Source: Amoebophrya sp. A120
Lineage: Eukaryota > Protista > Dinoflagellata
DNA: 64,000 bases
Direction: 5' to 3'
NCBI GenBank assembly: GCA_905178155.1
Contig: CAJINV010000011.1
Coordinates: 2,947,144-3,011,143, forward strand
This document shows, piece by piece, positions 13,001-25,000 of the stretch. The translations under genes were made by a program, and so were the position numbers. Below the pieces are notes generated by a model. The model was not told the origin of the DNA. It ran no database searches and was given only the letters and a program-made list of their open reading frames with translations. Every line of letters begins with the position of its first letter. Positions within the stretch are counted from its first letter, which is position 1.

Positions 13001-16000
13001 CGCACTTCTCGTTGCAGCCAGACAATCGCAAACGAGAGGAGGCGGTTGGGCACGAAAACTTCGGAGTGGAGGCCGTATGGTGGGTAGCTGTGTCGCAATC
13101 CAGTGTATTGCCACCCGGATTTTTTGGATCTTCGCCAGGGCGTGCCGCAAGACCGGTCTGGTTATGCAATGCAAAAGCATCGTACTAGTATATATAAATT
13201 GCAGTACTACAAATTAGCCCAGCATTACAAATTGAATTTGTAATCAGCATTACACATTGAATTTGTAATGCTGATTTGCCCTTGAGAAAGAGACTTGTGA
13301 TGCATAAATGCAATTACTACGAGTACGATGCTTAGCTTTTGCAGAGGATACTGGTCGGGACGGTACAACATTTCCCAGGTGATGCCGCTATCCTGTGGAA
13401 AAACGTCCCCGCCCCAGAGTTGTCATGCTAAACACAATGCGACACAATTTGCCCCCCCATTGGACCATGGCCGCAGATGGCTTGACGCGCCGGGCGGGTG
13501 GGTTGGGCGGACACCAAAGTGCCATCACCATCATCTCCCGGCAACTATATTCCAACTCTGTTATCGCCACCAACCATACTTCGCAACCATCCATACTGTG
13601 CCAACTGAACAACACCTCGCTTTTTTTACCAACAATTCCTTACTCTAATCCTCGCAAACTTCCAACTCGCAACCACTATATTACGCTATATTAACGGGGA
13701 TGTACAGCCAGGCCCACAACTACAAGAGAAAGCTGCAGCCTGCGGCAAGCCAGTTGTTACTGTCTGGATGAATCCATTCACTGGAGGCACTGACTAAGCG
13801 ACAAGCGCCAGCCTGAAGTGATGTTTAAACATCCAAATTAAAGGTAAGAGGTGCGAGATTTAATGCTGATCCACCAGACCGCCGGATTTGGCGACCATGA
13901 AGATTGCTTCACACATGACCGGAAGCGCGGGGTACAGATACACGATTGGCAAGGCTGCTCAAGTAGAACACGTTTCTGCCGCACCCCAGAGTTGTCATGC
14001 AAATCTGCATGCCAAAAAAGTTTCTCATGCGGAGCCCCATGAGAAGCATTCTCTCGTCGGGTTTTGGAATTTGTGATGCTATGTATAATCAGCGGGATAG
14101 GCTAGGTCCGTGATGCTTCTGAATTACCTTGACAGGATTTATTACACTACGAGGAAAAACTTGTCATGTGAAGCAACCAAAGCTGGCTAATTTGTGTAGC
14201 AGATTTCCCATCTTGACTCTGGTGTGGGGACGTTTTTACTCAGGATAGCCGCTTTTGCGTTTGTATCCGTTTTTCGCCGCGGAGGTTGGTGGTGTGCAAG
14301 CAGCAGTTGGGCAGCACGTTACGGCATCACTGCTCGCGCACGTTTCGCCGCTACAAAGCAGGTCAGCGCTTTCGGTCAACCAGTGGCTCGCTCGTCCTCC
14401 TGCGGTGCACACGGTGGTTTGATGGCTCGGTTCCCGGTTGCACTCTTCCTTGCAGCCCTTGACATCAAGGGACAGGTCTGCGCCGGGGCAGTTGTATTTA
14501 GCCGCGCCTCTCCACCCAGTCGTGCAACGGATGTAATTAGGATTCGCTGTCTTCCACCCGCCGCCGTCTCTATGGAACTGTCAGGATCGAAGTCGACAAA
14601 CTTGAAAATAAATTTGTGATGCATATTGAAGTGCGACGCAAAGGGTGCGTGTATTGCATTTGCAGAGGAGGCAGTAAAGGGGGCAGACTAAATAATTATC
14701 GTCCTGCTACGGGAGGTCAAGATTTGGGCTGCTGACTCGCGTGACAGAAGGGAGCTCCTTTGCCCTCAACGGCATGACATTGGTGGCCTCAACGGCATGA
14801 CAGATTCGCTTCCGGCGCGGGGGAAATTTGCCATGCATACCCGACTGCACCTCATCAAAAACCTTTGCACCGTCGCCGCAAGCAGGGGGAAAATTTGTCA
14901 TGCGCCCCCTATATTAAGCTGCGGGCCCAACAAACTGGTAAGTGTCGCTTTGATGCGTCAGAAATTTTTGCACCTTTGTCGCTTTCGGTCCTGAAGCTTC
15001 CATAATCTGTTGGGTTGCCGTAGTGGTTCCGCAACAGCCACTCCCAATTGTTCGCCTTTCCGTCCGCAAGAGGCCCGTTGTACCCCGTTTTGTCGCTAGG
15101 TTCGCGGCACCGAGCAACGAGTATCCTATGTAAAAGCGTCCCCACCCCAGAGTCAAGATGGGGATCTCGCAACACAAGCCGCTAAGCTTTGGAAGTCACG
15201 CATCATGACAAGTTCCTCTCTGTATTGTAGTGCAGTTTAGAATGAACAAGTGCAGCCGCATCACAAAACCACCTACTCATCCTGTTCACAGCATTAGAAA
15301 GTCGGAAACGCGATTGGAAATGCCCCTCGACTGGGGGCGCGCATTACAAATCTTCCTGTGACTGCAAATCTGCATGACATCAACTAGGGATTTTTTTACT
15401 CAGGATAACGAGGCACGTGTCCTTATCCACCGGTTTACAGTGGTTCTCTGCGCAGGGAGGAGTGCCCAGCTTCTTGGGTAGCAAGTCCTTCAGAACCTGT
15501 TTTCGGCAGTCTGCGGAAACTAGGCCCAGGTTATGCGTGCTCTGATCGTGGGCGCCATTGCTGTTGGATTTCTTTAGCCAACACTTACCCGTTTCTGCTG
15601 ACAATGTGCCGTGATTTGTGGAGGGCTTATGCACAAACCAGTTGCAAGTGCTTTCCTGTGCGCACAAGAGCAGGCACTCGTTGTGGGTCTTGCCTTGGTA
15701 TGACTTTATGTCCAAATTCCCTTTGTCCTTGCGCCACAACACCTCACACATGAAGTAATGGTCTATTTCTACATTGCCAGGAGAGACAGTCCGAGTTTTC
15801 GCGGCGCTGCATTTTTCCCTGCAGCCTTTGAGCTGGAGTTCCTGGCCCCCTCCCGCGCACTTGTACTGGGGGGGCGCGTTATTCACAGTCGTGTGGGTGT
15901 CCTTGCACTTGAAGTCATTCGGGCGGTATTGTGAGGAAAAATCCCCCCTCCCCATATTGAAAACGCATTCGTCTGAAAATTTGTGATGCAGATTTGTGAC

Positions 16001-19000
16001 CACAAATCCCCTCTGTGTTGCAGCAAGAAGGCGAACTCAGACAGTCGGCCGCATTATGCAGGCGGTTTGTGATGCTGTTGGCCTTACAGCCTGGACGTTT
16101 GTCATGCTAGGTAGGCGCCTACGTCGAAACCTCTCGAATCAGGCCTGGCATATGCCTGCAGTCCTCTACTGCAAGATTTGCATTTGTGTACGGATATCCA
16201 GCATCACAAATGTCCTTTTTGATATGGGGAGGGGGGATTTTTCCTTTTGATAGGTGGGGCGGTGCCCATGAAGTCCCGGGTCTCGCGTCGTCCTCTTGAA
16301 CGAGGACGTCGGCCCAGGGCGTCAAGGTTAGTATGACGGTGCACAACTCCCCCTCCCCCTCATTTGTATAGCATGGACGGCAATACAAGCATCAGCAATA
16401 ATGCCGGTTTTGCATGACAAATTAACACTGGAGTGTCGTGCTATTTGGGCTACCAGAACTTGTCATGCAAACAGTGCCAAGAGGCACTGCTTGGATCTGG
16501 GATTTTGCATATACAAATGAGGGAGAGGGGGAGTTGTGCACTCTCATAGTTAGATACCCGTAAGCATTAGCAAGCGTAGGCTCCGTGCAGGGCGACGTAT
16601 CGCAGCACGTACCTTTGTCGTTCGTACCACACTGGCTGGTCGAACAAACTTTATTGGTGTCTGTCGTAATCAACTTGTTGGCGCCGGCGCACACCGTTGT
16701 CTGGACATGGTTTGCGCGCCTGGTGTATCAGAGTGAAAAACTCCCCCTCCCTATTTTATACCAAAACGACGCTTCTGATGCTGGAGCTGCATACACAAAT
16801 CAGATTTGTCTTGCTGGCGAGGACTGCAGGCCCATCTTGAGCCTGAGTAGACAGGTTTTGGCCTAGGCGCTTTGTATGAAAGACGTCTACGCTGTAGGTG
16901 CAACAACATGACAAACCGCCTGTAGAATGCGGCGGAGCTTGTGGGGTTGCCTTCATGCAACACAGAGCCGATTTGTGGTCACAAATCAGCAACACAAATT
17001 TTCGATTGCCTTGTCAATATGGGGAGGGGGATTTTTCCTTTTTGATATGGTGCATCGTTCTTGGCAGCAAGCCCCGAGGTCGTCCATGTGTGATTGATCC
17101 GGTATCAAATGCAAATATGTCTGGGTCTGGAAGATTCTAAACTTGTGATGCTGTCCCTGGATTCTACAGAAAGTTTTTTTTTTTTTTTTTTGAAAACATA
17201 ATCTTAGCCTTAAACTCATAAAGATCACAATAGCAACTTCAGATCGGAAATGTGGTGTGAATGATCGGAGTTCGCTGCCGTCATGTTCTTCACAGGTCCA
17301 TGGACAAGTTCTGTGGGTGCGATCCCGGGATCCAATCGTTGCCGAATTTCTTCAGCATCGTCTGAACAGTGGTTTCCCTCTCCACTCCGCTGGCTACGGT
17401 TGCTCGCACGGGACCCGGTACGGAGTGAGCAACACCACCGTGGCAAGAAAACCTTAGCTGTGCATAGGTTCTGTCGCCAATTGACAGCGTTACATCGGTT
17501 CGCCGCTACGTCGTTCCAACGTATGTAAGTCGTTGTCGGTGATGAAGCCTTACCTTTCGGATACTGAAAAACACTTCCGGAGGGAAGGACAAACCCCTAC
17601 CATATTGGCCTGTCTGCGTCCTCCATGGTGCTCCTATTACACTACCTCGCCCCCTGACACCTCCTATCTACCCTAACGGACGGAAAAGCGACTATGTCAG
17701 TCTTTGCAATTTTGTGGACTCTAACTAGGAGGGAATGTGACGGGCATCAATGTTACAGCGCAGCTTTAGCTTTTTTGGCCGTACTATAGAGAGAAGGAAA
17801 CAGGAAAGCTCTACCATACTCAGCTTCTTCTTTTTTCGGTTTTTCTCGACGGGGAATTTTACATAGGTGCTAGAGACGTGGGGTTTTAGAAAGAAACAAT
17901 CTTACAGCAAAACAATCACACTTCCTTATGCTTTTAGCTCCATTTGTTTTCCCTCAGTGATTTCGGCGTATAGATGCTTGCGCCTTGGCGTCTCTCGCTC
18001 CTTCGACGTCCTCATAATTCTGCCTTTTTTCAGTCCTCGCATAAATCTGTCTGTCGCCATCATCTCGTCTTTGTAATATTTTCGCGCCTCCTTTTGCAGC
18101 TGCATGCCGTTTTGCCACTCGTAGAGAAAACTCGCAAAGAGAATCATCCCGCATATTCTTGGTTCTGGAACAGTCCTCCCCTTCCTCCCTTTCATGATTG
18201 TATTTTTCGCCATTGCCTGTCTTTCATTTCGTTTTGTGTCATCTTGAAAAGCTTTTTTAGTTTGCAAAAAAATTTGAATGGTAAAATCCATTTCAATTCT
18301 CGCACCAAGTGCTGACCTGACGTCATGTTCTCGTGGCATCTTGTCAAGGCAATATCTTGCATTACAAAACTATGACACAGAAAAGTCTTATCGTCGCTGC
18401 CTCGTGACAATTCATTTTTGTAGTGGGTTTCATTGATCACCACTTACTTGCCACAAAATCGCTCAAAAGGAGCCAAAGCTTTACTCTGAATATTTTTTCC
18501 TTCTTGCAGCAAGTTCTTGGTAGATAGGCGTAGGACCTTCTGCGCCTCCAGCAGTCCGTGCTCTGCTGGGGTCGGGGCTGCTCGGCTCAGCTCCCGAACA
18601 TAAGGATTTTTTGCAGTCGGCTCTCTGCATCCTTTTAGCGCGTACTACTCCTGTTGCTTCTCGTCCCAAAGCCCCAGCTGCAACATCCAGAAAAGATATC
18701 CACGCCGCCGCTTCTCATACTCCAGCCCTCGTAAAGTATTTTTCATTTTTCAAAAACAATTTTCGCATTTTTACTGCCATGCGGTTCTTCTTTTATTTTC
18801 CAAAAAACTAAAACTCATCAATTGCGCATTATTTTTTCTTGCTTATAGCTTTTCTTTAAAATTTGACACCATCCAACTTATATTTTTACACTTAGATTCT
18901 ATTTTCTTCACCAAAAGCCAAATCTTCTACACATTTAAACTCCTCATCTAGTACGCTGTAGCGGGTCTTAAGCATGCGAAAAAAGTTTGGTAGTTGTACT

Positions 19001-22000
19001 TTTGCCTTCGTACTCTTCTCAACACTTTCCCCAGTGTAAGGCAGCCGCTTCGTAATGTCGTCGATGATGTGCTGCTTGAAAATTGGCATCTTTGTGTGCA
19101 CTCACAGCAGGTATGAAAATATTTTTTTTGGGTTCTTCAGCATCATTACTTCTTCTTCTTCTGGAATTCGTGGGAGACCAAAAATTTCTGTTCGACAGTC
19201 CTCGAGCTTTTCGCATTTACACAGCAAATGCGTTGCGTGGCATGTTGACTTTGTGTTGCACAGCGTGCACTTTTGGTAGTAGATACCTTCCTCGTATTCA
19301 TACAAACCCGCCGCAGCCATGCCTTCCGGAAAAGCGCCACGCCAGAAGTAGTAGTAGACTACCTCTAGAAGCCTAGAAGGAAGCGCGCCACTTTTAGGAC
19401 GAAAGGGACCCAATTTTTTTGCACGTTTTAGCAGGACAGGCGCACAAGTGCTGAAGTCGTCCGGACCCCACCAGTCACTTGTAGACGATTCTAGCAAGCG
19501 ACGGAGAATGGTAGGCGTGATGATTTTTTTGAACGCATAAGCTTCAAGACCAAGCTGTCGCGCTTTTTTGTACCTCAAGATCGCAGCAGATGCGATTGCG
19601 TCGACCGCATCATTGAAATAAAGCCGGGAATGCCCCGGGCGCCATCTCATGTCAACTTCAAACTCCCGCTCTGGTGCAATCGTTCGCGTGGAGATGTCAT
19701 GCATATCAAAGCTCGGCACTTTGTTCATGCAGGCTTCACGCAGAAGCTCTATCTCCTGCGCTATCAAATAGATCTGATGGCTAGAACTGTCGTCGTAGTT
19801 AGCAAAGGCTTCAAGTATTGAATTCGGGTCCGAGTACATGCCTAATTTTTTTATGAGCCTTCGCAATCCTGTGGATACGCATACTTCCGTCGTTTTTCGT
19901 AATTGTCTCACTTGTGCAAAGCACTCCGCGTCAAAACTGTCCACCTTGAGAAACGGCAGGGGGCTCGTCACAATGGCGGTGCTCACACAGAGCGGCTCCA
20001 CTCCTGCTATCCCGCTGACCGGGTCTGTCGGATCATCCGGCATATTTTCACACTCTTTTGCATACCAGAAAGTTGCCCCCCCGCACCCCCCTGTATTCTC
20101 TGCCTCTGAGACTGAGCCATCTGCACACATTATCAACTCGTCTATGTTTCGCAGCCTTTTTCTTATTTCGTATTCTTGCTTGACAGCAATCGCAAGCCTG
20201 GCTCTACTTAGCTCACTGGAATCTTTCATGCTAGACAATTTCGCATAGCCACTCTCTCGGCCTATGTCATCCATCGTTTTGACGGAAATTTTGAATCCTG
20301 TCCATTCTTTCCTCGTCAGGTTCAGTGGCTGGCTTTTCAGTGCTGCATGAATTTCAGGCAGTTTTCGCTGTGAGATCGTGCGAAAAAATGTCGTCCATGC
20401 AAATTTTACCGGTGTGCTGGCAATGGGATTCGAGTCCACTGCGTCGATCATGCCCAGCACCGCAGGATGGTCAACCGTTTCCCCATCCAGCGGCCAGGAT
20501 CCTCTCGCTGCCCCTTTGTAGAAGTGCATCAGGTTCTCGACCAGGAAGAGTAAATGTGGCCTGGCTAGGCCTGCTGCTTCATAAAGCGCACTCGTAGGGG
20601 TTGTCTTTGGCAAATTTAACAAAAATTTTAAATGTTTCGCAACCAACTTCTCGAGTTGGACCTTGTTAGCTTCCGTGAAGTACGGGTACATTGGTGACCC
20701 GTTACTAGCTAAGGCACTATAGCACAACGCCTCGAAAACATCACACTTCTTGCTTGGCCTAAGTGATTTCAGACCCGTCGCTACCCTAGCCTCTCGCAGC
20801 ATGTCTTCCATAATTTTTTCATACATACTCTCAAAGGTCCACGCCCCATCATATAAAAAGCCTAAGCTTCGCGCTGCTTCTACTCGTCTGTCCTCAAAAC
20901 CCCGCTTGTATAGCACGACTTCGCTTTTGTCGGTTTCAAAAAATATATAGTAGCTGCGTGCTTGCGACACTAAGTTTTTTCTGTTGGTTGCTAGGTTTCT
21001 TGCGTATCCTGCCTGGCAGTTATCATCCGAGTACTGTATCACTACTGCGTTGCCTTTGTTCAACCGTTCTAGCATCCTAAGCATCGGTATGTGATGGGCG
21101 TTAAATACGCCGCCACTAAGGGGGGATCCTTGCGGGACCCCCGGCACTAAGTGCCAGCACCTATCACCTTCTCGTATCTTGGCTGTTCTTCCTGACAGCC
21201 ATTGCGTGACAACCCCGAAAAGGTCAAGCGGAATCCCTAAATACAAATTTGTCATCAGCATCGTCTGATGGTCACATACATCAAAACCGCAAATGTTATC
21301 TGCTAACCCTACAAATTTGTCTTCATCATTGTCCCACCATCCGCCGTTTTCCGAGCCTATTATAAGTTTTGCAAATAAGAAATCTATTATCCTAATTGCA
21401 CTATCCTCCTTGCTAAAACCCTTCCTATAGGCTAAGCTAGTTACTGGAAGTTTATTCACCTCATCCCTGTGCTTCAGCGTGTTTCCTTCCCACCTAAAAC
21501 CCTCTAAGTAGAGACTAAAGCGCCTATCTATGATGATTTCGCACAACTTCGAGAAGACGCTAAGCAGGCTAACTGGGCGATAGAGTTGTTCTGCATAGGG
21601 CAGATTTGTCGTTTTTTGTGCCGGGGCTATGTTCACTAGGTTTCCTATCGCTGGGAAGGCATCATACTTTATGAGGATGTAAAAGAGCCTAAAAAGAATT
21701 TCCTCATTCTCATCTTTGAGCGCTTTTATCAATTCGTGTGGGATGTGGTCATATCCCGGCGATTTTTCTTTTTCCATTTTGTTGACCGCTGCCCGAAATT
21801 CGAGCTTGGTCAATTCCCTAAAGACTCCTAAAGAAGCGCGTCGCTTCGCGCTGTTCCTAACCTCTTCCCGGAGTTTGTCTATGTAATTTTGGTCGTGAGG
21901 AAATTTCAACTTTTCGTCCGCGTATACTTTTTTTGGTCGCTGCTTATACAGCGCGTGAAACATATTCACTATCGTTTTTCTGTCTGTCGTTGTTTCAGAC

Positions 22001-25000
22001 GGTAGCGGTTTGTTAGTTAGTTTTTCTTTCTTAATTGCCTTGTCTGCAGCTGCATTAGATCCCGGGTCATTGCCCGTCACTCTTTCAACATATTCACGCC
22101 GTTTTTCCCGTTTAATCATAGCACGCGGAAACGCTGAAGTTCTCCATGTTCTCCTTCCTCGTCGTCGGTTTATCTCTTTCCATAGAGTACGCGGCGACTT
22201 TACATCCAAGCTGTTCTTCTCCTCCACCTCGTTCTCATCCACTTCCAGCTTGCCCGCAGTGTCGTCATCCTCCGACTTCTCACTATCATCCTGCTCCAAG
22301 GAGATTTTCATACTCGGCTCCATTGACGCTAATCTTGATCCTGCAGCAGAGCTCGACGCAGCTTGTTGCAGGGCTCCATCCCCGAAAATTGCGCTCATGC
22401 TCAAGTCCCGCGCGTCCTCCTGCAGGAGCTCATGCCCCGACTCCCTTGCAGGCGCCTTCGCCGTGGTTCCTCGCTGTTCTCTATTTTGAACTTGATTGCG
22501 CTGGCTTGCTCCAGTCGTTTTTGTACCTGAAAGTAATTTTTTGTCTGAGGAGGACTCTTTCTGTCCCTCCTCTTTGTCCCCGTCCTGCGTTGCTGCCACT
22601 CCACCCCCGCCTTCTACACGTTCTGCAACATCTTCACTGTTCCCGTTATCCCTCGCTGCACCCGGACCCTCCTTCTTCTGCCTTTTGGCCTCATTCGGGA
22701 TCGCGTTGCGGTCTTTCTGGGTATGGGGAATTGTCATCATTGCTGCCTGCAGCAGGTTATCACGAAAAGCTTTCAGCTCTGCTTGCGCATCATCTTCGTT
22801 CAATTCTGACCACCCCGCTTTTAAAAACTTGCTGTCATGCATTGCAACCTCAAGCATGTTACTGCACTCTGTAGTCCAGCACATGTCTTCAATGCGCGTG
22901 CCAGTTTCAAACTGGAATCGTGGCTCAAATCGAGGCTCCATGTCACAAAAAAACTCGCCACCATCTTCATCTACCACATCACACTCAACAGCCTCCTGGA
23001 CCTCTGTTGAAAAATTCAGACTCGCATAAACAAAATTGTGGTCCGAGCACGTGGCTTGTATTGCATGAGAGTTCTCCTCCTCACTTTTGAAATCTTTTTT
23101 GTTTATTATTATTACATCGGGAGAAGTCTTGCGATCATCTTTTGGCGTTCGTGTGAATACATTTCTGTCGTTCACCACCTGAAAAGTATCCTTGTGATTA
23201 TTCATATGTAGCCATCTTTTCAGGATACTTCCGTTTGGGTTCTCCTGGCGGGCATTTGCATCCCAGGCCGGGCTGCGGGCGTTGAAATCTCCTAGCATAA
23301 TCGCAGCATTTTCAGAGAGCATCTCACCTTTTAGGGCATTGCTTTGCGCGTAGAAGTTCAACACTTCAAAAGTGTAGCCCCCTGCCCGAAGGAGGGCGCC
23401 TGATGTTTCTACTGCATTCTTGTCTTCTGCTGCCGTCACACCGACAAAGTCAAAACACGACCTAACTAACAACGCCGAGCATCCGCGCAATGTTTTTCGT
23501 GTTTTTTGTTTACAAATAATCACATGGAATCCTAAATCAAGCACTTGCGCTATAAATTCTTCATCCAAAATGTCATCCATGTGTGTTTCCTGTAGCCCCA
23601 AAATCTCAATTCCTATTTTTTTGTCTTTTAACATTTTCAACACAAAGGCTTTTGCTCCTGATTTGTCATTTAGTGCCTGCGTATTAAATGTTCCGACTAC
23701 TACCTTTTCTAAAAGTGTCTTTTTCTTGTGTTTTTTGGAAGTCATACGAAAAACATTTTCATACTCTAGCCCAGCTGCCACCAGTGCTTCTGCGTCTTCA
23801 CTTGTGTATTTACCCGTCGAGATCCTGTCTTGCAGCTTGTGCACACCTCGACGCGCATGCCCGTCATTTGCCGCGTAGATGGAGCACTCCGGACACTGCC
23901 ACTCCGTTCCTTTCCCATCCGCCATATTTTGCAAGAGCTTCCCCACTGTTTTTCTACAACAAAGTCGGTGTTTGTCCATCTGTTCAGCATCGTCGCTGTT
24001 TGTCACCCCACAGAGCAAGCAGACATATTTCCCCACCTTGTGCTTATTTCTGTCATGCATGTCGTCGTAATTTGGCACAATCCACGTCAGTTTTGTACGT
24101 GTCCCATTTCTCATCACAAGTCTTGTCTTCGTTTTTTGCCAAGGCTTCAAAATATTTTCGCCTTCTGTCATGCGTGTAATCTCAATTGGATTACTCATCC
24201 TGTCGCAGTCAGTCATTGAGCTTCTGCGCTCTGGGTGGGATTTTTTGCACCTAGTCAAGTGCTTCGCAAGCTGGTTTTCAGCAGTCACAGCATGCAAACA
24301 TCCACCACAGACGTGCCATCTTTTCATTTTGGTCTGCTTTTGTTCATGACCCAGCTCTGCAACTTTCTTCTGTAGCTCCTTATCATCTTCCATACCCTCC
24401 TGATAAACCCACGCGTGGACCAGAAAGTGCTCGTCGTATTCCTGCCTCACATCTTCTTCTAGATTTCCGCTTCCAGCATGCTGGTGTCCACCATTTTGGC
24501 CACTGTCGTTTCGTTGGTCTTCCTCTTGTCTCCGGCTGTCCTGCAGTGCCGGATTTCTGCCTAGGTTGGATTCGGATGCACGTCCTCCATTTTCTCGCTC
24601 TCCACCATCGTCATCTTCCAGCGGAGGTAGCAGATATTCTTTTCGATTTCCATCATGTCCCCGGTCCTGATGGTCTTGATTTTGGCCACGTACTCGATTT
24701 TCTGCAGCCAGATCATCCAGCCCTCTCTGTGAGCCTCCTTCCTCCTCTTCATTCTCCAGGTTCAGGCCCAGATCATCTCGCGCTGTTCTGCAGAGCTCGT
24801 CGTCGTTTTCATCTGCTTCTGCGCGACCGGTATCCAGTTTGGCCGATTTCATGATGTGAAAGTGCTTATTTCGTCCTAAAGGCCTCGCTAGAAACTTTTT
24901 CACAACCTTCAGGGCCACTCGTGAAGTCGTATTCTGCTCTGCCAACCTTGTACACAATTGTTTTTCACACGCCACAGCAGTCGTCTACTATTTCTATTCT

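Noticed and set aside
14600-14913. Possible introner ending CCCCCTATA
   Set aside because: No matching 5-bp direct repeat found.
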